From Thermodesulfovibrionia bacterium (lineage in GTDB: Bacteria > Nitrospirota > Thermodesulfovibrionia > UBA6902), in assembly GCA_963699585.1 (NCBI GenBank), contig CAVOUK010000011.1:37749-101748 (forward strand): a DNA stretch of 64,000 nucleotides. Reading direction: 5' to 3'. The notes beneath the pieces are model-generated. The model saw nothing but the letters and a program-made list of their open reading frames with translations. It made no database searches and was not told the origin of the DNA. The stretch's first letter is position 1. The number at the start of each line of letters is the position of its first letter. Positions 56,180 through 64,000 of the stretch are shown here, piece after piece. The position numbers were made by a program, and so were the translations under genes.

Positions 56180-57049
56180 ATGAGTAACAGCAGCTGCACC
56201 GATACAAACGTATCATCTCTTACCGATAAAGATTTTGCCCGGTTAAGCAGCTTCATCCATTCCGGATACGGCATAAAGATGCCTGAAGGGAAAAGGGTAC
56301 TTCTTGAGGCGAGGCTCAGGAAAAGGCTCCGTGTCCTGGGAATGCATTCATACACCGAATACTGCGACTACCTGTTCAGTCCCGAAGGGGCACAGAATGA
56401 ACTCGTACACATGATCGATGTAATAACAACGAACAAGACCGATTTCTTCCGGGAGCCGAAGCATTTCGATTATCTTGTGCAGACAGCCTTGCCGGAACTT
56501 GATCAGGACTTTACGGAGCACATAGCAGGAGAAAGTATACGATCTGGAGCGCCGGCTGTTCCACAGGCGAAGAGCCGCATACACTTGCCATGGTATTAAG
56601 TGAATTCGCAGAAAAATAGCCCGGATTTTATTTTTCTATCCTTGCAACTGATATATCAACAAGGGTGCTTGAGCATGCAAGGCGCGGCATCTACAAAGAA
56701 GATGTCGTACAGCCCGTACCGATGCCCCTGAAAATGAAATATTTACTAAAGGGCAAAGACAATAACAGAGGGCTGGTACGGGTAGTCCCTCAACTAAGGT
56801 CGCTCATAGATTTCAGAAGGCTGAACTTCATGGACAGCGATTTCGGGATAAAGGAACCGGTGGACATAATATTCTGCAGAAACGTGATCATATACTTCGA
56901 CAGGCCGACACAGGAGAAACTGCTGAACCGGTTTTCGCATCATCTGATACCGGGTGGATACCTCTTTATGGGACATTCGGAGACATTAAGCGGGCATGAG
57001 TGTGCCGCTGCAACCGGCAGGACAGATGGTATACAGGAAACCGCTATGA
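56180..57049 (+). pseudogene. cheR: Chemotaxis methyltransferase CheR with two frameshifts (about 56524 and 56995) and an in-frame TAG (56617-56619)
   Basis: Pieces: ..FFREPKHFDYLVQTALPEL.. | ..[67 protein letters not shown] | [17 protein letters not shown]. The last stop overlaps the cheB ATG (ATGA). Confidence 0.8.
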
Positions 57050-58110
57050 AAAAGATCAAGGTCCTCATCGTTGACGATTCCGCTGTAGTGCGTCAGACAC
57101 TGCAGGAAATACTCTCATCAGACCCGCAGATCGAGGTGATTGCTACTGCGGGAGACCCTTTTATTGCAGCAGATAAAATAAAAGAACACGTGCCTGACGT
57201 TATTACCCTGGATGTGGAAATGCCCCGGATGGACGGGATCACATTTCTGCAGAAGATCATGAGCCAGCATCCGATCCCGGTAGTGATCTGTTCAAGTCTG
57301 ACAGGCGATGGCGCTGAAACTACATTTAAGGCGCTGGAATACGGGGCGGTTGAAATAATAACTAAACCCCGGATAGGGACCAAGCAGTATCTGGAAGAAT
57401 CCCGTGTAAGGATATGTGATGCGGTAAAGGCGGCTTCATTAGCACATTTAAAGCGAATTTCCTTAACAAATCGCAAGGTAGAGCCAAAACTGACGGCTGA
57501 TGCGATGCTTGCAAAACCTTCCTCAAGGGCGATGGTGCAGACAACAGAAAAGGTCGTAGTAGTCGGAGCATCGACTGGCGGGACCGAGGCCCTGAGGACA
57601 TTTCTTGAAGCTCTGCCTCCGGATGCACCCGGCATAGTTATAGTGCAGCACATGCCTGAAAATTTTACAAAGGCATTTGCCAATCGTCTGAATGGCATCT
57701 GCCGGGTGACAGTCAAGGAAGCCTCTGACAATGATTCGGTAATCAGGGGGCAGGCGCTTATCGCCCCCGGCAACCGCCACACGCTTTTGAAGAGGAGCGG
57801 TGCGAGGTATTATGTAGAGGTAAAGGACGGGCCCCTGGTAAGCAGACACCGTCCGTCGGTAGACGTACTGTTCCGTTCTGCGGCGCGTTATGCAGGCAAA
57901 AATGCAGTGGGTGTTATTATGACCGGCATGGGTGATGACGGGGCAAGAGGGATGTTAGAGATGAAGGAAGCAGGGGCATTTAACATTGCTCAGGACGAGG
58001 CGTCCTGTGTAGTTTTCGGAATGCCCAATGAAGCGATCAAACGCGGCAGCGTAGACAAGGTGCTGTCTCTGGAAAAGATCGCAGATGAGGTAATTAAATC
58101 ATGTCGATAA
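57046..58110 (+). CDS. cheB: Chemotaxis response regulator protein-glutamate methylesterase CheB
   Basis: [28 protein letters not shown]; [13 protein letters not shown]; [15 protein letters not shown]; [11 protein letters not shown]. The ORF track fuses it to the cheR tail. Confidence 0.9.
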   Translation: MKKIKVLIVDDSAVVRQTLQEILSSDPQIEVIATAGDPFIAADKIKEHVPDVITLDVEMPRMDGITFLQKIMSQHPIPVVICSSLTGDGAETTFKALEYGAVEIITKPRIGTKQYLEESRVRICDAVKAASLAHLKRISLTNRKVEPKLTADAMLAKPSSRAMVQTTEKVVVVGASTGGTEALRTFLEALPPDAPGIVIVQHMPENFTKAFANRLNGICRVTVKEASDNDSVIRGQALIAPGNRHTLLKRSGARYYVEVKDGPLVSRHRPSVDVLFRSAARYAGKNAVGVIMTGMGDDGARGMLEMKEAGAFNIAQDEASCVVFGMPNEAIKRGSVDKVLSLEKIADEVIKSCR

Positions 58111-58209
58111 CTGTCGGTCAATTGAAAATTATTCTATCCAGCGATTCTATACAGATCAGTAAATATTGAAAACCGCTTTTTAAAGCAGTAAGCTATGATG
58201 TAGTTCTAA

Positions 58210-60114
58210 ATGAATAAAAATAAATACATAAATGATCGAAAAATGTCCGGTAATGTTTTGACTCGCCGGGTTTTGATGAAACGATATGCATTTGTACTGG
58301 CAATAGTATGGAGTGTGATCGTTATTACCTCTTATGTTTGGAATATTACGGTAGAAAAACAGAATACCATGGATGACGCACGAATTCAGGCCAGGACCGC
58401 CATTGAGAAAGACATTCTTTATCGAAACTGGAATGCCTCACACGGCGGGGTATACGTGCCTGTAACTGAAAAGACTTTTCCCAATCCTTATTTGACGGAT
58501 ACGATCGAGCGTGACATCAGAACACCGTCAGGAAAACTATTAACGCTGATGACCCCTGAGTATATGACACGGCAGGTGCATGAAATGGCAAAGCTGAAAT
58601 CTGAAACCCTGGGGCACATAACGAGCCTGAAACCTATACGGCCGGAAAATGCCGCCGACCCATGGGAAACAATAGCACTCAGGTCTCTTGAACAGGGAGA
58701 AAAAGAAATAAGTTCCCTGCAAAGTATCGAAGGCAACGAGTATATGCGCGTGATGATTCCATTAATTACCGAGAAATCCTGCCTTAAATGCCATGCTTTT
58801 CAGGGATACAAAGAAGGCGATACAAGAGGGGGCATCAGTGTTTCAGTCCTCATGAAGCCTTTATGGACTATTTCACAGAGCCATATTATTACATTATCTT
58901 TTGCTCATTTCCTGCTATGGTTTGTAGTGTTGTGCGGAATTTTTGCAGGAAATATTTATATGAACCGGAGCGATCTGAGGCGTATACAGGCAGAGAATTC
59001 ATTAAGAATATCTGAGGACAGATACATTGATATCAGCAACGCGCCTGATATGTATGTTTCTTTTGATGTCAAAGGCCGTATTCTCCAGTGCAACCAGACA
59101 GTTGCAAAAGAACTCGGCTATACAATAGAGGAGATCATCGGACGTGACATATTTGACATGTATCATCAAGATTCCATACAAAAAGTCAAAGAAACATTCA
59201 GCCGATTGTATGATACGGGTGAAGTGCGCGATCAGGAGCTTCAAATGAAAAGAAAAGACGGGAGCCCGCTCGATGTCAGTCTGAACGCATCAGCTGTACG
59301 CGACGAAGAAGGCCGGATACTTTACAGCAGAGCCAGTTGTCGAAATATTACTGATAAAAAGCTACTCGAAAAACAGCTTATACACGCGCAGAAGATGGAA
59401 TCAGTTGGAACATTGGCCGGGGGAGTTGCCCATGACTTCAACAATAGTTTAACTGCAATAATTGGTTTTGCAAACATCCTGAACAGACGGATGCAAAAAG
59501 ACGATCCACTGAAACTGTATGTGGACCAAATTCAAACAGCTTCTGAAAATGCCACTGCATTAATAGCCGATCTCCTTACATTCAGCAGGAAACATAAGGT
59601 CAATCTTATATCTTTGGATATTAATGACATAGTTAAAAAACTTGAACATATCCTTTTGAGAATAATAGGTGAGGATATAGAATTAAATACAGAATTGACA
59701 AATGATCATTTGAATGTAATGGTGGATTTCAGCCAGATGGAGCACGTTCTGATGAATCTCTTCGCAAATGCACGGGATGCCATGCCTGATGGCGGAGTGT
59801 TGGCCATAAGGACTGAATCCTGCAGGCTTGATAATGAGTTTATACGGTCTCATGGCTTTGGTAAACCCGGCATATATGCCGCTATATATATATCGGATAC
59901 CGGCACCGGCATTGACAAAAATATAATCGGGAGGATATTTGAGCCGTTCTTTACAACCAAGGATGTTGACAAGGGAACGGGCCTCGGTCTTTCAATAGTA
60001 TATGGAATAATCAAGCAGCATAACGGCTTTATAGATGTTTATAGTCAAACCGGGACCGGGACAACGTTCAAGATCTATCTCCCCTTGATAAAACAGGAAG
60101 AGGAAACAGCCTGA
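58210..60114 (+). CDS. Sensor histidine kinase: DUF3365-like heme (CxxCH) sensor domain + TM + PAS + HisKA + HATPase_c
   Basis: SCLKCHAFQGYKEGDTRGGISV; PAS ..GRILQCNQTVAKELGY..; H-box GGVAHDFNNSLTAI; GTGLGLSIVYGII. Confidence 0.85.
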   Translation: MNKNKYINDRKMSGNVLTRRVLMKRYAFVLAIVWSVIVITSYVWNITVEKQNTMDDARIQARTAIEKDILYRNWNASHGGVYVPVTEKTFPNPYLTDTIERDIRTPSGKLLTLMTPEYMTRQVHEMAKLKSETLGHITSLKPIRPENAADPWETIALRSLEQGEKEISSLQSIEGNEYMRVMIPLITEKSCLKCHAFQGYKEGDTRGGISVSVLMKPLWTISQSHIITLSFAHFLLWFVVLCGIFAGNIYMNRSDLRRIQAENSLRISEDRYIDISNAPDMYVSFDVKGRILQCNQTVAKELGYTIEEIIGRDIFDMYHQDSIQKVKETFSRLYDTGEVRDQELQMKRKDGSPLDVSLNASAVRDEEGRILYSRASCRNITDKKLLEKQLIHAQKMESVGTLAGGVAHDFNNSLTAIIGFANILNRRMQKDDPLKLYVDQIQTASENATALIADLLTFSRKHKVNLISLDINDIVKKLEHILLRIIGEDIELNTELTNDHLNVMVDFSQMEHVLMNLFANARDAMPDGGVLAIRTESCRLDNEFIRSHGFGKPGIYAAIYISDTGTGIDKNIIGRIFEPFFTTKDVDKGTGLGLSIVYGIIKQHNGFIDVYSQTGTGTTFKIYLPLIKQEEETA

Positions 60115-60278
60115 AACTTTCTTGATTCATCCTGTTTTATTGGATGTGATTATACTGCATTTTTTGTTATTTTTTAAAACTCGTTTCAAATATAGTAGAA
60201 TAATTGATGCGCTGCATAAGTGCTTCTTGCTGAAAGCAATTCAGAGATTGTTCATGATTCAATACGGTATCGTTTTCT

Positions 60279-61607
60279 ATGACTAAAAAATATTTCATCC
60301 ACACTTTCGGATGTCAGATGAATGTACATGACTCGGAGAAGATTGCCGGTATTCTATCGGAATCTGATCATGTAACTGCTGACTCTATTGAAGAAGCAGA
60401 TGTGATCGTACTTAACACATGCAGTATCAGGCAGAAGGCGGAACAGAAGTTTTACAGCGAACTGGGCAGGTTGAGGACGATAAAGAAGATTAATCCTGAT
60501 CTTAAGATCGCAGTCGCAGGATGTATTGCGCAGCAGCAGGGCGATGCAATATTTAAAAAATTCCCATATGTGGATTTTATTTTCGGGCCTGACAATATTG
60601 ACAGCCTGCAGACATGGATAAGCAGCAGAATACTGTCAACAGATAACAGAAAACAGAAAACCGCTTTGCGTGAGAATCCCGGATATCAGATAATAACACT
60701 CCCTATGAAAAGGATAGGGCGGGTCAGGGCCTGGGTTTCCATAATATATGGCTGTGATAATTTCTGCGCATATTGTGTTGTACCATATACACGCGGCCGG
60801 GAAAGGAGCAGGCCCTGCAAAGATATATACGATGAAGTTGTATCACTTGCCGAAAAGGGATTTAAAGAAATTACGCTTCTGGGCCAGAATGTAAATTCCT
60901 ACGGCAAGAACCTCTCTGAAAAAATAGATTTCTCCGACCTTTTGAGAATGATCCATGAAATAAAGGGATTGCAGAGGATCAGGTTTGTTACTTCTCATCC
61001 AAGGGATATATCAGAAAAACTGATCAACACGATGAGGGACCTTCCAAAGATATGCAATCATATCCACCTGCCCGTTCAATCAGGCTCTGATAAAATATTA
61101 GCCTCAATGAACAGAGGCTATTCTTATCGGGATTATAAAAATAAGATAGACATGTTAAAGGCCGCAATTCCTGATATAGCTGTGACTACCGATATAATCA
61201 CGGGCTTTCCGGGCGAGACCGATGAAGACTTCCGATTGACAGTAAATGCGTTGTCTGAAATTGAATATGACGGTATTTTTGCATTTAAATATTCAGAGCG
61301 GCCTGACACAAAGGCGTTAGCCCTGCCTGACCATATAGATGAAACCATAAAATCCGAACGTCTTTCACATATATTGAAACTTCAGGAGGTTATTACGTTC
61401 AGGAAGAACATGGAACTGGAAGGACAAGAGCTCGAAATTCTTGTTGAGGGAATGAGTGAGACTGATGATAAAAATCTGACAGGGCGCACACTCACGAACA
61501 AGATCGTTAATTTCAGAGGCGGTCCAAATGATATTGGCAATATTGTAATGATAAAAGTCAAAGAAGCAAGACAGCATTCCCTGTATGGGGAAAAAGTAAA
61601 GAGCTGA
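60279..61607 (+). CDS. miaB: tRNA-i6A37 methylthiotransferase MiaB
   Basis: YFIHTFGCQMNVHDSE; radical SAM YGCDNFCAYCVVPYTRGRERSR; C-terminal TRAM. Confidence 0.9.
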   Translation: MTKKYFIHTFGCQMNVHDSEKIAGILSESDHVTADSIEEADVIVLNTCSIRQKAEQKFYSELGRLRTIKKINPDLKIAVAGCIAQQQGDAIFKKFPYVDFIFGPDNIDSLQTWISSRILSTDNRKQKTALRENPGYQIITLPMKRIGRVRAWVSIIYGCDNFCAYCVVPYTRGRERSRPCKDIYDEVVSLAEKGFKEITLLGQNVNSYGKNLSEKIDFSDLLRMIHEIKGLQRIRFVTSHPRDISEKLINTMRDLPKICNHIHLPVQSGSDKILASMNRGYSYRDYKNKIDMLKAAIPDIAVTTDIITGFPGETDEDFRLTVNALSEIEYDGIFAFKYSERPDTKALALPDHIDETIKSERLSHILKLQEVITFRKNMELEGQELEILVEGMSETDDKNLTGRTLTNKIVNFRGGPNDIGNIVMIKVKEARQHSLYGEKVKS

Positions 61608-61629
61608 AAATAGAGAGATGAGAATAGCT

Positions 61630-62103
61630 ATTCAGAATAGCTGCAGAAAGATTGTCCTCAGACAGATACAATGAAATTGTTTTAACAGGAATACATATTG
61701 GATACTATGGGTTAGACCTTATTCCTGAATGTTTATTATTAGACATTGTGAATATGTTAGTAGAATCGTTTCCACATATAAGATTCAGGTTCAAGTTCAA
61801 ACGTTAGACACTCCGGCATTCTTATTTAGCAATCAGATCACTGACAAAATAAAGCGTGACAGAGTAAATATCCTCATAGATATCTCAAACAAAAAGAAAT
61901 TATCTTATTTAAATAGTAAGTTAGGGCAATATCTTGATGTTATAGTTGAAAGTAATTCTTCAACCAATGGTTTATATAAAGGAATTTCTGATAACTACAT
62001 AAGACTAATGATCAAAGCTGATAATCTTTCAAAGGGGCAGCGCCTAAGAGTAAGGGTCATTTCCTTGACAAATACAGTATTAATTTCAAAACCCATTAAT
62101 TAA
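61630..62103 (+). pseudogene. Remnant of a second (MtaB-like) methylthiotransferase: 5' half missing, internal deletion and frame changes
   Basis: ..RYNEIVLTGIHIGYYGLDLIPECLLLDIVNML..HIRFRFKFKR* then (ORF 61729..62103) ..TPAFLFSNQITDKIKRDRVNIL..YLDVIVES..RLRVRVISL (TRAM-like). No radical SAM core is present. Confidence 0.6.
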
Positions 62104-62561
62104 TCGACTTAATACTGTAACGTATTGTTTTAATAATGTATTTCATATGCCCAATAATTAGGCAATCCCTGGAAAACCCAATCTAGGCTCTATTTAAAAG
62201 GGCAGTCTTCACTGATTTCACATCTTTTAAACAAAACTTTGACAGTCCCAATGTCCGATAAGATATATTATGTTAAATTAGATATTATTCACAACGGCTG
62301 ATAAGGGGGATTTTCAGCCATTTGATAAAATGTGGTTTCATGATAGATATTATACCCTCTTGTCCGGAATCATTCTTTAAGCAACATAAGAAAGAAGAAA
62401 GATCCCAGCCATTGGGGAAATGATTTAAGGAAAACGTATTTGGAGATATTCACAGAGGCTTACAACTTAACGTGTACAAAATGTGGAAAAATAACCGGCC
62501 CTCACCTTTTTTCAGGTTAGAAAGCTGTAATGTTATTTATGCAACATTAGAGTATTCTTTG

Positions 62562-62924
62562 TCAGTCCTTTATTATAAAAGATGACAATATCATCGAAAC
62601 AACGCTTACGATAAGGGCGCCCAGGAACGCGGGCCAGAACCCGTCAACATAGAATCCAATATGAAATAGTTTAACAGCTACGGCAGAGGCAAACCAGAGC
62701 ATGACCGCATTGACGACAAGCATGAACAGTCCAAGCGTGAGAATGGTTATCGGCAGGGAGAGCAGTGTGAGTATCGGCTTCACAGTCAGATTGATGAGCC
62801 CCAGTATGACGGCCATCACGAAATAGACGGCCAGCGCATTCCCTTCCGCTCTTATGCCCGGAACAAGCCATGCGGCCGCGAAAAGTGACATACTGGATAT
62901 CAGCCATCTTTTCAGTATATTCAT
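62562..62924 (-). CDS. Phage-holin-4/DUF360-like small membrane protein
   Basis: 120 aa, 3-4 hydrophobic helices. ..LFAAAWLVPGI..AVILGLINLTVKPILTLLSLPITILTLGLF.. is typical of the family (from memory). Confidence 0.6.
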   Translation of the reverse strand: MNILKRWLISSMSLFAAAWLVPGIRAEGNALAVYFVMAVILGLINLTVKPILTLLSLPITILTLGLFMLVVNAVMLWFASAVAVKLFHIGFYVDGFWPAFLGALIVSVVSMILSSFIIKD

Positions 62925-63057
62925 CGGTTACCTCCTGTTAAGGCCTATATTTTTTCATCCGTAATGGTTTTTTTATTACTAAAAGTATATCAAAATATTG
63001 TCATCGGTCAATAGCGAATAGAAAAATAATTGGTGAAGTTACACTGAAACGCTTAAA

Positions 63058-64000
63058 TCAAAGATTAAGCTTAGCTTCAGTTGTACGGTCCCTGGAATGG
63101 TCTTTCGCAACCAGCATGTAGATCGATGGGACAACAAGGAGGGTGAACATTGTGCCGACCGCCATCCCGCCGACAAGCACAAGGCCGATCGAATTCCGGG
63201 CCGCTGCACCGGCGCCGCTGACCAGGGTGAGCGGAAAGTGGCCGGCGATGGTGGCGGCAGTGGTCATTAAAATCGGCCTCAGGCGTGTAAGGGCCGCTTC
63301 CCGGACCGCGGCAAGTTTATCAAGGCCGTGCTCCTGAGCTTTATTGGCGAACTCAACGATCAGGATACTGTTCTTCGATACCAATCCCACCAGGGTCACC
63401 AACCCGACCTGCGAGTAGATATTAAGTGTGGTTGTCCATCCGCGGGTCCAGAAAGGGATGTTCGGATCGGGCATCTTCAGAAAAGTGAATATCAGCGCGC
63501 CGAACATCGCCAGCGGCACAGAACCGGCAAGGATGACGAAGGGGTCGCGAAAACTGTTGAACTGTGCAGCAAGGACCAGAAAGATCAGGACCACAGCCAG
63601 CGCAAATGCAGGCAGAAACCGGTTCCCTTCGGTGCGCAGCTGGCGTGATTCCCCGGTGTAGTCGAGCACGTAGCCCTTAGGGAGTATCTTCGCGGTCTCG
63701 TCCTCGAGGTAGCGCAGCGCCTCGTCAAGAGGACGGACCGATACTCCGCTGATCTTCACCGCATTGAGCTGCTGGAAGCGGTTCAGTGAGCGCGGCACAG
63801 TTGAATTGCGGATCGTAGCGATGGTGGACAGCGGAACCAGCCCGCCATCAGGCCCGCTGATATAGATCTGCTGAAGCTGGTCAGGGTTGAGGCGGTCGAT
63901 CCGCTGGATCTGGGGTATCACCTTATAGCTTCGGCCTGCGATGTCAAAACGGTTGACGAAGTTGCTTCCGACCATGGCCCCTAAATCATTTGACACCTGC
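63058..64000 (-). CDS. RND efflux transporter permease (AcrB/HAE1-like), C-terminal approximately 310 aa; N-terminus beyond window end
   Basis: ..VIPQIQRIDRLNPDQLQQIY..SFRDPFVILAGSVPLAMFGAL..NSILIVEFAN..RLRPILMTTAATIAGHFPL. The frame stays open to position 64000. Markedly GC-rich. Confidence 0.85.
   Translation of the reverse strand, partial: QVSNDLGAMVGSNFVNRFDIAGRSYKVIPQIQRIDRLNPDQLQQIYISGPDGGLVPLSTIATIRNSTVPRSLNRFQQLNAVKISGVSVRPLDEALRYLEDETAKILPKGYVLDYTGESRQLRTEGNRFLPAFALAVVLIFLVLAAQFNSFRDPFVILAGSVPLAMFGALIFTFLKMPDPNIPFWTRGWTTTLNIYSQVGLVTLVGLVSKNSILIVEFANKAQEHGLDKLAAVREAALTRLRPILMTTAATIAGHFPLTLVSGAGAAARNSIGLVLVGGMAVGTMFTLLVVPSIYMLVAKDHSRDRTTEAKLNL

Noticed and set aside
56617-56619. In-frame TAG in cheR as evidence for stop-codon recoding (e.g. 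pyrrolysine or an alternative genetic code).
   Set aside because: It is a single occurrence in a gene that also has two frameshifts. TAG is used as an ordinary stop in this window (for example the HprK-like gene at 25901-25903).
56665-58110. Apparent CheR-CheB fusion protein (481-aa ORF in the track).
   Set aside because: The cheR C-terminus continues in another frame to ..VYRKPL* with a TGA overlapping the cheB ATG (57046-57048, ATGA). The fusion is created by a single-base frame change near 56995.
1-64000. Search for tRNA, rRNA, riboswitch or integrase/transposase genes.
   Set aside because: No GTTCGAATC-type T-loop/acceptor pattern was seen in any intergenic region. No rRNA-like conserved blocks and no recognisable recombinase or transposase ORFs were seen by eye. 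A covariance-model scan would be needed for certainty.

Overview
AT-rich 64-kb window; single 60-nt lines I hand-counted are mostly about 19-25 of 60 G+C in the left half. No rRNA, tRNA or CRISPR array was recognised.

(1) 1-30.3 kb is one long minus-strand surface-polysaccharide locus. It is headed by an ExeA-like ATPase and an HD-GYP protein. It ends with Wzc, Wzy-like, MurJ-like flippase, many glycosyltransferases (GT4, GT2, two GT9, CgeB-like), five SAM methyltransferases, two DegT-type aminotransferases, PIG-L, WbqC, a radical SAM/SPASM enzyme and a WecA-like initiating transferase.

(2) Embedded at 23.0-28.4 kb is a RiPP-like cassette. It has a PqqD-type protein, a radical SAM/SPASM maturase and a hidden 54-codon Cys/Ser/Thr-rich ORF with a strong SD that is absent from the supplied ORF track. 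It continues with an HPr-kinase-related P-loop protein, a 64-aa twin-arginine-like mini-protein and an 889-aa ORF joining an S24/S26 peptidase-like domain, a PF14907-like nucleotidyltransferase and a Wza-like exporter. This is my best candidate for an undescribed system.

(3) 30.9-47.8 kb holds mixed signalling and metabolism genes: two HD-GYP proteins, a HAMP-PAS sensor, ABC-2 transporter, an IMPase/methyltransferase/DUF362/UDPGP-type nucleotidyltransferase/GHMP-like kinase operon, HDOD, a PPP phosphatase and an NtrC-type activator.

(4) 48-58 kb is a complete chemotaxis cluster (2 MCPs, cheY, STAS, cheA, an outer-membrane barrel gene, cheW, cheR, cheB) with visibly higher G+C. It is followed by a heme-type (DUF3365) histidine kinase, miaB, a decayed mtaB-like remnant, a holin-4/DUF360-like gene and a GC-rich partial RND pump.

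Two cross-cutting observations:
- At least 12 single-base frame disruptions plus one in-frame TAG break about 9 recognisable genes. These are either assembly errors or real decay, and they affect every functional inference.
- Nearly every intergenic spacer carries one of three repeat types: C-less/G-less 'word-array' hairpins, GTAGGGGC-stem palindromes (two absorbed into ORFs), and a MITE-like element present in two copies.
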